Assembly (NCBI GenBank): GCA_045597865.1 | Contig: JAZLKX010000025.1 | Coordinates: 32,001 to 96,000, forward strand | Direction of reading: 5' to 3' | Length of the DNA: 64,000 nt | Origin: Bacilli bacterium | GTDB taxonomy: Bacteria; Bacillota_I; Bacilli_A; RFN20; CAG-826 | In this document: positions 55,549 to 64,000 of the stretch, piece after piece | Layout: each line of letters opens with the position of its first letter | Numbering within the stretch: the stretch's first letter is position 1 | Program-made: the position numbers and the translations under genes | Notes under the pieces: model-generated | What the model saw: only the letters and a program-made list of their open reading frames with translations | Told to the model about the DNA's origin: nothing | The model's database searches: none

Positions 55549-58257
55549 ATGAAGAAAATTAAGTTGCTCAGTTTATTATTAGCTCTTCCTTTACTTGGAG
55601 GATGTGGTGAACATCAACACACATTTGCGAGTAATTGGTCTTTTAACGAGTCCATTCATTATCACGCAGCAACTTGTGAACACACCGATTTAAAAAGCGA
55701 CGAAGGTGAACACACTTTTGTTAATGATATTTGTTCAATTTGTGGTTATGAGCAAGAACATACACATACTTTCTCAGATGAATGGACTTATGATGAAATA
55801 AAACATTGGCACGCTGCTACGTGTGGTCACGATGTAGTTAGTGATGAAGCAGTACATAATTTTGCTGATGGAATTTGTACAGTTTGTGGTGCTGAAGATC
55901 CAACTTATCAAGTTTGGACCGATGCTCAAAAACAAATTTTTGTCGAACATCTTTATGGATTTGAACTTCCATGTAGAAAAGGCTTGTCTGTAGAATGGGA
56001 TGCTGAAAATAGTTGTGTTGTAGTCTATGGCGCAACAGTTACTTCCGAATCTTTTAATGCTTACGTTGATTCAATCGTTGCTCAAGGCTTTAGTAAACAA
56101 CAAGGTCCATATGAGGATTCTTACATTCTTCTAAAAGAATTGTCATTTGATAATAAGTTAAGAACCATTGATATTGATATCTTTGTTAATTCTGGAATTT
56201 TGTATGCTATTTGTTATGACCCATTCATTTATGAATGGCCAAGCGAACTTATTGATGAATTATTTGATGAATATTTCTATGTAGCTCCTACAATTGAAAT
56301 TCCTGAAATTCCAGCAGAACGCTACTATGTAGATACAAGTTATGTTGATTCAAAAGCAATCCTTGCAATTTATTGCGAATCTGAAACAAATCTTGAAGAA
56401 ACATGCAAAGCAGCATTGATAGAAAAAGGTTTCAAGGTTAGTTCAGTAAGAGATGAAGATGGTTTCTATAAAGCTTATGAAGACAAACAATTAGTTGAAG
56501 TTTTGTATTCATACTCTAGTGTAGATAAAGCACTGTGCTTTGTTATTAAACCAGCTGATGGATGGCCAGCATTTGTTGTTGATTATTATACTGATCAATT
56601 AACTGGAAATAGTGGTACTAGAGTTCCAGCCGTTACTGGTGCAAAATCATATGAATTTATTGATGTTTATGATAGATATGGTTATTTCTTTGTGCTTTGT
56701 TTATGCAATAGTAACTTAGAAAAATTATATGAAGAAGCTCTTGCTCCTCATTACACAATCTATAATGAAAAGACAAATACTGCAGGCAACTATTATGCAG
56801 TTTCTGATAAAAAAGACTTACTTGTACAATATAAATATATTGTAACTGAGTCAATTATGGGCGGACCAGACTATATCCATTTCGATGTTTTGTTTGAGAA
56901 ATTTTTCCCACATAATGAAGAACACATTGCAGCAGGATTGCAACTAATTCAACCTGGCACAAAAACAACTTTACCAGCCTATCCAGGAAATGGTGAAAAG
57001 ATTGATTTTTCTGATACAGATAAGTATATGACTGTAACCATTCAGGCTACAACATTTGATTCAGTTGCAACATATGTTGAAACACTTAAAACTGAAGGAT
57101 GGAGTGTTAAGACAGTCAATCCATTAATGTTTAATTACCAAGCTATTTCTGCTAACAGAGACATCTTCATGGAAATTTCTATGGTTGATGGAAGAGTTAC
57201 GCTTACACTTAATGGTTATTCAGATCCTTATAAAGAATGGCCAACAGCAGGTGTAAAAGAAATACTTGATACACTTGGATTAAAAGGCGAAATTCCTGTC
57301 TTTGAAAATGCTTTTGGTTTTGACTACGAAAACACAACAGATTATCACGATATTATTTGTTTAGTTCCATTTGAAAAAGAACAAGAATTAATTGATGCAT
57401 ACAACGAAAAACTTGAAGGTTTAGGTTGGAGAAAAATTACTGATGGAGAAGATTATTACTATGTAATAGAAGGCTCCACAATTGGTTTAACAACTTATAC
57501 TGAATACACTGGTGAAGGTAAAGTTTTCATTGATGTTCGATATGCTGATGGAAATATTTACGACGTTGATGCAAGACAAGCATTTATTGACTGGAAAGTA
57601 GCAAATGAAATTGATACAGAAGTGGTTATTCCAGGACTTAATTTCAGTGCTAAAGTAGTGAATTTTGATATCGTGGGTGATGAAGGTAAAACTTATCCAA
57701 ATTATGAGTTATTTGAAGTGCTTTTAGACATGGGTGACAGTGATCTAGAAACACTTATAGAAGAGGTTAACGAACAATTCGAAAAAGATGGTTGGGTATT
57801 CTCTTCTGGCGATGGTTATTATCATAAAGATAATTGTTTCATGACTTCTTATGATTATTTAGGTTATTTAACAATTGATATTTGCGCACCAATTCCTGAT
57901 AGAAGTTTACTTGGTGTTATAAAGTCATTTGTAAGTAAATTAGGTGTTCCATATGACAGCACAGTTTTGCCAGAAACACTTGAACTAACAAACGAATATA
58001 AGTTATCTATTGCAGAGTTCGACACTGGTTACTATTTTGATTTATATATTTATCTTGATTTTGCAACTGCAGCAAAATGCAAAACATCTATTAATGAAAT
58101 TTCAGCGGCATTCAAAGCACTTGGCTGGACATTAGATGAGTATTCCAAAGAAAATGATGTAATTTTGGTTGATCCAAAAGGCAATCTTCAGTTAGAACTT
58201 TATCGTAACGGAAATTCTTCGAAACAGCTTCATGTTGAAATAGAAGAAGCTTGGTAA
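55549..58257 (+). CDS. Giant acidic lipoprotein D: two HxHTF..W......HWH.ATC.H....CxxCG repeats and several WP modules
   Basis: Lipobox LGGC; repeated EWPS/GWPA/EWPT...IP/VP modules each followed by L...GF/GW. Confidence 0.85.
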   Translation: MKKIKLLSLLLALPLLGGCGEHQHTFASNWSFNESIHYHAATCEHTDLKSDEGEHTFVNDICSICGYEQEHTHTFSDEWTYDEIKHWHAATCGHDVVSDEAVHNFADGICTVCGAEDPTYQVWTDAQKQIFVEHLYGFELPCRKGLSVEWDAENSCVVVYGATVTSESFNAYVDSIVAQGFSKQQGPYEDSYILLKELSFDNKLRTIDIDIFVNSGILYAICYDPFIYEWPSELIDELFDEYFYVAPTIEIPEIPAERYYVDTSYVDSKAILAIYCESETNLEETCKAALIEKGFKVSSVRDEDGFYKAYEDKQLVEVLYSYSSVDKALCFVIKPADGWPAFVVDYYTDQLTGNSGTRVPAVTGAKSYEFIDVYDRYGYFFVLCLCNSNLEKLYEEALAPHYTIYNEKTNTAGNYYAVSDKKDLLVQYKYIVTESIMGGPDYIHFDVLFEKFFPHNEEHIAAGLQLIQPGTKTTLPAYPGNGEKIDFSDTDKYMTVTIQATTFDSVATYVETLKTEGWSVKTVNPLMFNYQAISANRDIFMEISMVDGRVTLTLNGYSDPYKEWPTAGVKEILDTLGLKGEIPVFENAFGFDYENTTDYHDIICLVPFEKEQELIDAYNEKLEGLGWRKITDGEDYYYVIEGSTIGLTTYTEYTGEGKVFIDVRYADGNIYDVDARQAFIDWKVANEIDTEVVIPGLNFSAKVVNFDIVGDEGKTYPNYELFEVLLDMGDSDLETLIEEVNEQFEKDGWVFSSGDGYYHKDNCFMTSYDYLGYLTIDICAPIPDRSLLGVIKSFVSKLGVPYDSTVLPETLELTNEYKLSIAEFDTGYYFDLYIYLDFATAAKCKTSINEISAAFKALGWTLDEYSKENDVILVDPKGNLQLELYRNGNSSKQLHVEIEEAW

Positions 58258-58267
58258 AAATTAATAA

Positions 58268-58295
58268 AATGGCGCTCCAAAAAGCGTCATTTTTT
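58268..58295 (+). terminator. Intrinsic terminator
   Basis: AATGGCGCT-CCAAAA-AGCGTCATT plus T-tract. Confidence 0.75.
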
Positions 58296-58381
58296 CTTAT
58301 TTAGATTTGTTAAATTTAAATAAAAAATAACTCTTTCTTGCTATATTAATAATCAATATATAAAATATATTCTGTACAAAT

Positions 58382-59590
58382 ATGGAAAAGCCAATTACTG
58401 TAGTAGAAATATCAAACACTGAAGTTCGCATTGCATTAGGTTACGAAAACAACGATAAAATCAATCTTGTTTATTTAACTGAACGTCCAATTAACGGACT
58501 TATTTCGCGTGGTGAAATCGTTGATTTAACCACATTAGCTCAAATCCTCTCATCAATGAGAGAATTTAAGGATGAAGCATCAAAGAGTAAAATCGTTATC
58601 AACGATGTTACTTTAATTCTTCCATCAATTGGATTAAATGTTTTCCAATCTGATAAGACTACAAACATTGTTTCTCCATATGGAGTCGTTGCTCAAATTG
58701 ATATTGAAAACGTTGTTTCTTTAGTTCAAAAAGAAGCAGTACCTAGTGGTAGTGAAATTATTGATATCATTCCAGATTCATTCACACTTGAAATGGGAAG
58801 ATCATTCATCAATCCTCCACTTAATGAACACTCAAATAATATTAAAATCAACGCAAAAATCCACTGTTTACCATCACGTGTTGTATCCGAGTACAAACGT
58901 GCACTCGAAGCTGCACACATTAGAGTACGTAGATTATGCGTTAGCTCATACGCACTTTCAGAGCTTGGTAAACATATCGAACAAATCCCAAATAGCTATA
59001 TCTTAGTTGATATGGGTTCTGAACTTACAAACATTTCTCTTATCGGAAACAATACACCATTTGAAACAATTACATTCCCAAGTGGTGGTGCCGATTTAAT
59101 TACAAGAGTTGTAGAGAACTTCAGAATTTCTCCAGAAGATGCTCTTGAGACACTTAAGAAATATGGATATGATGAAAGACCTCTCTCATTCAAACCATGT
59201 ATTGCCAAAGGCAATATTGACGGAATTATGAAAGAATTCTCTCCAGAAGACTTAAATCTCATCATTAAGACATTCTTTATGGAAGACTACTTTGCTCAGT
59301 TTGATGTAGCATTCCAAAACTTAATGAAGGGCTATCCTGAAACAGTTAGAAATCTTCCAATTGTATTCACTGGTGGTTTCTCAAAGTTAATGGGATTTGA
59401 AAATTTAGCAAAATACAAATTCTCCAAGAATCAATCAATACATTATCTTGAACCAGAAACATTTGGTGCAAGAGATGCTAAGTTCTCCGCTATTATTGGT
59501 GCAATGTATAGTGCATCAAAATATAAAGGATCACTTAGTGATTCAAGAGTAAAACCAAACGAATTTAATCGTGATAAAGAACAAAATTAA
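58382..59590 (+). CDS. ftsA: Cell division protein FtsA (divergent)
   Basis: Actin-like fold motifs (RGEIVD, LVDMGSELT, GGADL, FTGGFSKL); immediately upstream of ftsZ. Confidence 0.85.
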   Translation: MEKPITVVEISNTEVRIALGYENNDKINLVYLTERPINGLISRGEIVDLTTLAQILSSMREFKDEASKSKIVINDVTLILPSIGLNVFQSDKTTNIVSPYGVVAQIDIENVVSLVQKEAVPSGSEIIDIIPDSFTLEMGRSFINPPLNEHSNNIKINAKIHCLPSRVVSEYKRALEAAHIRVRRLCVSSYALSELGKHIEQIPNSYILVDMGSELTNISLIGNNTPFETITFPSGGADLITRVVENFRISPEDALETLKKYGYDERPLSFKPCIAKGNIDGIMKEFSPEDLNLIIKTFFMEDYFAQFDVAFQNLMKGYPETVRNLPIVFTGGFSKLMGFENLAKYKFSKNQSIHYLEPETFGARDAKFSAIIGAMYSASKYKGSLSDSRVKPNEFNRDKEQN

Positions 59591-59604
59591 AGGAGGCAAC
59601 AAAA

Positions 59605-60729
59605 ATGAACGAAAATGAATTAGACAATTATGAAGCTTATGCCCGTATTGTTGTAATTGGTGTTGGCGGTGCAGGAAATAACGCCGTTAACAGAATGATT
59701 GATGAAAATATTTCATCAGTTGAATTTTATGTTGCAAACACAGACCAACAAGCACTTTCAAGAAGCAAAGCTAAAAATAGAATTATTTTAGGACAAGATT
59801 CGACAGGTGGACTTGGCGCTGGAGGAGATCCAGAAGTCGGTCGTAGAGCTGCTGAAGAATCCGTTGATAAAATCCGTGAAATTGTTGCTGGAGCAAACCT
59901 AGTCTTCATCGCAGCAGGCATGGGTGGTGGAACAGGCACAGGCGCTGCACCAGTCATTGCAGCCGCAGCAAAAGAAGCAGGCGCACTCACAGTCGCAATT
60001 GTTACACGTCCATTCACATTTGAAGGTAAGAAACGTATTGCAAACTCAGTCGAAGGTTTAAATAGCCTTAAGGACTCAGTTGATGCAATCATTATCGTTT
60101 CTAACGATAAATTACTTATGGTTAGCGGAACCGCTCCAATTTCTGAAGCATTCGCAGAATCTGATAGAGTACTTGCACAAAGCGTTAAAACAGTCACTGA
60201 CTTAATCCTTTGTCCAGCATTCATTAACTTAGACTTTGCTGATGTTAGAAATACCTTAAAAGATTCAGGTATCTCACTTATCGGATTTGGTATGGGCAGT
60301 GGACCAAATCGCTCACAAGAAGCCGCTAACAATGCTATTAACTCACCTCTTCTTGAGGCCAGCATTAATGGCGCACGTCGTGCAATCTGTGCAGTTACAT
60401 GTGGTCGCGAAGTTTCACTTTACGAAGCACAAGAAACTGTCAATAGAATTATTGAAGCAGCAGGAAGCTCAGTTGATATCAAATTTGGTGTTTCTATCAA
60501 TGATGAATTATCAGATCAAATCTTAGTTTCTGTTATTGCTTCAGACTTTACTGAAGACTTCGACTTCACACACGTTCCAACTTATGATCATCCTGCTCCA
60601 GTTGCAGAACCAACTCCAGAAGAAAGTAATGAAGGAAATGCTGGGGAAGTTAGTCCAGAAGCTCCTCATAAAGAGGAAGAAGAGAAGAATTCCTTCCTTC
60701 CAAATTTCTTAAAAGACAAGAATCTTTAA
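59605..60729 (+). CDS. ftsZ: Cell division protein FtsZ
   Basis: GVGGAGNNAVNRM, GMGGGTGTG tubulin signature, INLDFADV, C-terminal LPNFL peptide. Confidence 0.99.
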   Translation: MNENELDNYEAYARIVVIGVGGAGNNAVNRMIDENISSVEFYVANTDQQALSRSKAKNRIILGQDSTGGLGAGGDPEVGRRAAEESVDKIREIVAGANLVFIAAGMGGGTGTGAAPVIAAAAKEAGALTVAIVTRPFTFEGKKRIANSVEGLNSLKDSVDAIIIVSNDKLLMVSGTAPISEAFAESDRVLAQSVKTVTDLILCPAFINLDFADVRNTLKDSGISLIGFGMGSGPNRSQEAANNAINSPLLEASINGARRAICAVTCGREVSLYEAQETVNRIIEAAGSSVDIKFGVSINDELSDQILVSVIASDFTEDFDFTHVPTYDHPAPVAEPTPEESNEGNAGEVSPEAPHKEEEEKNSFLPNFLKDKNL

Positions 60730-60739
60730 GATTTTTATC

Positions 60740-60957
60740 CTAGAAGACACGTTTGTATTTAGCTCTACTTGTAGCGAGTTAGTGATGGTGAAAGACTAAC
60801 AGCATCTAAATATGAATATCACTTCTTTGTATGAATTCTGAAATTAAGTAAGAATTCCGGTTGTCCCCGTTATCGGATTAATTAAGTGCTCTTACATTGT
60901 AAGAGAATTAAGGTGGTACCACGTTAAAGCGTCCTTAAATTAGGGATGCTTTTATTT
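60740..60957 (+). ncRNA. T-box riboswitch (Ile)
   Basis: AUC specifier at 60818-60820; T-box AAGGUGGUACCACG (60910-60923); terminator GCGUCCU...GGGAUGC-UUUU. Confidence 0.92.
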
Positions 60958-60976
60958 GTAAAAAGGAGTAAAAATT

Positions 60977-63676
60977 ATGGAATTTAAAGACACATTACTC
61001 ATGCCAAAGACTAATTTTGAAATGAGAGGAAATCTTCCAACTAAGGAACCTCTTTTAGTCAAGAAATGGCAAGATGAAGATTTATATGGAGAAATGTTAA
61101 AGAATCGTGAGGGAAATAAACCTTTTGCTTTCCACGATGGTCCTCCATACGCCAATGGTGACATGCACTGCGGTCATATGCTCAATCGTATCCTTAAGGA
61201 TATTATTGTGAGAGAAAAGACAATGCAAGGCTACTATGTCCCATTCATTTTTGGATTTGATACACATGGTCTTCCAATTGAAAACCAAGTTATTAAATCA
61301 GGTGTTAACCGTAAAACTACTCCTACAAGTGAATTTAGACAAAAATGTAGAGACTATGCTTACACCCAAGTAAAAAGACAACAAGATCAAATTGTTAGAC
61401 TTGGAATTATGGGTGACTACAAGAACGCCTACAAGACACTTGAAAATCAATTCGAAGCTAATCAAATTGAAGTCTTTGCAACTATGGCTCTTAAAGGTCT
61501 TATTTACAAAGGACTTAAACCAGTTTATTGGTCTTGGTCAAGTGAATCTGCTTTAGCAGAAGCCGAAATTGAATACAAAGACGTTAAGTCATATGCAATT
61601 TATGTTGCATTCGATATGATTGATGGAAAAGGTGTAGTTCCAGCAGGTTCAAAAGCTGTTATATGGACAACAACTCCTTACTCACTTCCATCAAACCTTG
61701 CAATCTCAGTTAACCCAAGATTTAACTATGGTTTATATCACACCGAAAAAGGTGATTTCATTCTATTAGAAGAAAATTCTGCAGCTCTTAAAGAAGAACT
61801 TGGATTTGAAACATTTGAACTTGTCAAAACATTCAAGGGAAGAGAACTTGAAGGCTGTAAAGCAAAACATCCTTTCTATGAAAGAGAATCAGTTTTCCTT
61901 CTTGGAGATCACGTTACAAATGATTCAGGTACAGGTTTAGTTCATACAGCCCCAGGTCTTGGTGTTGATGACTATAACGTTTGTGCAAAATATGGAATTA
62001 AACCATATTGCCCAATCGATAACTTTGGTAGATTAACTGCAGAATGTGGTGAAAAACTCAATGGTCTCTTCTATGAAGAGTCAAATGCAGTCATTCTTGA
62101 TATGCTCCGTGAAAATGGTGCATTAATCAAAGAAGGCGAAATCATTCACTCTTATCCACATGACTGGAGAACTGGTAAACCAGTTATCTTTAGATCTACT
62201 CCACAATGGTTCTGTTCCATCGGAAAGATTAAAGATGAACTTTTAGAGCAAGTTAACAAAGTTAATTGGATTCCGGCATGGGGCAAAGATAGAATGACCA
62301 ACATGATTAAAGATCGTAACGATTGGTGTATTTCTAGACAAAGAGTTTGGGGTGTTCCAATCCCAATCATTTATTGTGAAGATGAAACTCCAATTATCGA
62401 AAAAGAAGTCTTTGATCATATCGTTAAAGTATTCAAAGAATACGGAAGCGATATTTGGTATGAAAAGGATGCAGATTTCTTCCTTCCAGAAGGGTATAAG
62501 AATGAACATTCTCCAAATGGTAAATTCACAAAAGAAAAAGACATCATGGACGTTTGGTTTGACTCAGGTTCATCTTTCGATGCTGTTTTAAGAAAACGTT
62601 TAGGTTATGACCAATCAGAACTCTACCTTGAAGGTAGCGACCAATATCGTGGTTGGTTTAACTCCTCACTTACAATTTCAACCGCAATCCAAGGTAAAGC
62701 CCCATATAAAGCTGTTGTCTCACACGGTTGGGTTTTAGATGAACACGGTGAACAAATGCACAAGTCCAAAGGAAATGGTGTTGATCCAATCAAGATGTGT
62801 AACATGTTTGGTGCAGACATCCTTAGACTTTGGGTTGCCACAATTAACTATCAACAAGATGTTAGAATTTCAGAAAACTTACTTAGACAAGTTGCTGAAC
62901 AATATCGTAAGATTCGTAACACATTTAAGTTCTTACTTGGTAACATTTCTGACTTTGATCCAAAGGCAAATATGGTAAAAGAATTTGCTCCAGTTGATAC
63001 CTACATTTTAGCAAGACTTGAAGAAGTCAAAAACGATGCAATTGATGCATTCGATAGATATGATTTTGCGACTGCAATGAGCAAGATTATGACCTTCATG
63101 TCATTCGATATGTCTAGCTTCTATCTCGACATTGGAAAAGACATTTTATATTGTGATGCAAAGGATTCTTTAAGAAGAAGACAAATGCAATCTGTTATCT
63201 ACAAAGTTAGCTCAGTTTTGCTTAGACTTCTTACTCCAGTTATCCCATTCACAATGGAAGAAGTTCATCAAAATATGCCAGATTTCACGGGGAAATCCGC
63301 GCAATTACTCGATTATCCTACAAAATCTAACGAGTATGGCGAAAGCTATTTAGGAGCCTACAAGAAGTTCCTTGAACTCCGTGATGCAGTTAATAAAAAA
63401 CTTGAAGAAGCACGTAATTCTAACGTCATCGGATCAAGTCAAGAAGCACTTGTTGTTCTTCCGAATTCTGCAAAAGAAATTGTTGGAGATAGTGCTTTAG
63501 ATGTCGCAAAATTATTCATTGTTTCTAAAGTTGAATTTATGGATGTTAAAGAAGTTGAAGCACATCACATCGAAGCTCAAAAATGTCTAAGATGTTGGAA
63601 CTATGTTGATAAGCTTTATAAGGTAGACGATGAAAGCGAAGTCTGTGAACGTTGCTTACATGTATTAGGTAAATAA
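60977..63676 (+). CDS. ileS: Isoleucine--tRNA ligase (type 1)
   Basis: HDGPPYANG..HCGH, WTTTP, DWCISRQR, QMHKS (KMSKS-like), C-terminal CLRCW zinc finger. Confidence 0.98.
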   Translation: MEFKDTLLMPKTNFEMRGNLPTKEPLLVKKWQDEDLYGEMLKNREGNKPFAFHDGPPYANGDMHCGHMLNRILKDIIVREKTMQGYYVPFIFGFDTHGLPIENQVIKSGVNRKTTPTSEFRQKCRDYAYTQVKRQQDQIVRLGIMGDYKNAYKTLENQFEANQIEVFATMALKGLIYKGLKPVYWSWSSESALAEAEIEYKDVKSYAIYVAFDMIDGKGVVPAGSKAVIWTTTPYSLPSNLAISVNPRFNYGLYHTEKGDFILLEENSAALKEELGFETFELVKTFKGRELEGCKAKHPFYERESVFLLGDHVTNDSGTGLVHTAPGLGVDDYNVCAKYGIKPYCPIDNFGRLTAECGEKLNGLFYEESNAVILDMLRENGALIKEGEIIHSYPHDWRTGKPVIFRSTPQWFCSIGKIKDELLEQVNKVNWIPAWGKDRMTNMIKDRNDWCISRQRVWGVPIPIIYCEDETPIIEKEVFDHIVKVFKEYGSDIWYEKDADFFLPEGYKNEHSPNGKFTKEKDIMDVWFDSGSSFDAVLRKRLGYDQSELYLEGSDQYRGWFNSSLTISTAIQGKAPYKAVVSHGWVLDEHGEQMHKSKGNGVDPIKMCNMFGADILRLWVATINYQQDVRISENLLRQVAEQYRKIRNTFKFLLGNISDFDPKANMVKEFAPVDTYILARLEEVKNDAIDAFDRYDFATAMSKIMTFMSFDMSSFYLDIGKDILYCDAKDSLRRRQMQSVIYKVSSVLLRLLTPVIPFTMEEVHQNMPDFTGKSAQLLDYPTKSNEYGESYLGAYKKFLELRDAVNKKLEEARNSNVIGSSQEALVVLPNSAKEIVGDSALDVAKLFIVSKVEFMDVKEVEAHHIEAQKCLRCWNYVDKLYKVDDESEVCERCLHVLGK

Positions 63677-63678
63677 TT

Positions 63679-64000
63679 ATGAAAGAGTTCTTTAAGAAAA
63701 TATTCACTAAAGAGAATATGAAGAAATTCTTCTTCTCTTTCATTTGGCTTATGGTTTTAGTCTTTGCACTTGACATTATGTCTAAATGGTTAGTGTGCAA
63801 TCACTTTAATAAAGTCATTACTACTGATAAATATGAAATGATAAAAATCATTCCAAATTTCCTTTATATTGGCCTTTCCTTTAATAAAGGAGCTGCGTGG
63901 TCAATTGGTGCAGGATCATCTGCTGGAAGAATAATTTTCATTATTATTTCAGTGGTCTTAGGTGGTGCACTTATTGCTTATTATGCATATGCATCTCGTA
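63679..64000 (+). CDS. lspA: Lipoprotein signal peptidase II (runs off the window end)
   Basis: LDIMSKW and IIPNFL...NKGAAWS motifs; ileS-lspA synteny. Confidence 0.88.
   Translation, partial: MKEFFKKIFTKENMKKFFFSFIWLMVLVFALDIMSKWLVCNHFNKVITTDKYEMIKIIPNFLYIGLSFNKGAAWSIGAGSSAGRIIFIIISVVLGGALIAYYAYASR

Noticed and set aside
59727-60365. 212-aa antisense ORF over ftsZ, and similar shadow ORFs over rpsD, mutM, dnaE, rsmH and the kinase
   Set aside because: Mirror frames of conserved genes with no SD and no recognisable motifs; expected from codon bias
1-64000. Genetic code 4 (TGA=Trp) or selenocysteine read-through
   Set aside because: Conserved genes are full length under code 11, and TGA acts as a stop in ATGA overlaps (iscS/thiI, kinase/EAL, YgjP-like/TrmH)

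Overview
AT-rich chromosomal window (roughly one-third GC, judged by eye) from a low-GC Bacilli genome. It uses genetic code 11 (TGA is a stop). The streamlined gene set, stripped dcw cluster and many lipoproteins suggest an uncultured gut/rumen lineage such as RFN20/RF39; this is inference. The backbone is a condensed version of the Bacillus tyrS-rpsD-ezrA-thiI-ackA-dnaE-polA-dnaB/dnaI-thrS-infC-pheST and rsmH-ftsA-ftsZ-ileS-lspA regions. It carries an apparent ~17.5 kb inversion, a mutM-coaE fusion, three T-boxes, L20 and S4 leaders and a DnaA-box cluster. Accessory content is an alpha-glucan operon (glgB-glgP-dut-malQ-pulA-esterase), a hybrid kinase/Hpt/REC-GGDEF-EAL phosphorelay and four giant, very acidic modular lipoproteins. 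These lipoproteins share His/Cys-rich N-terminal repeats and a repeated 'WP...IP...Y...L...GF/W' module, two of their genes share a palindromic upstream operator, and two sit where peptidoglycan genes normally lie. This lipoprotein system is the best candidate for an undescribed system. No rRNA, tRNA, CRISPR array or mobile element was seen.
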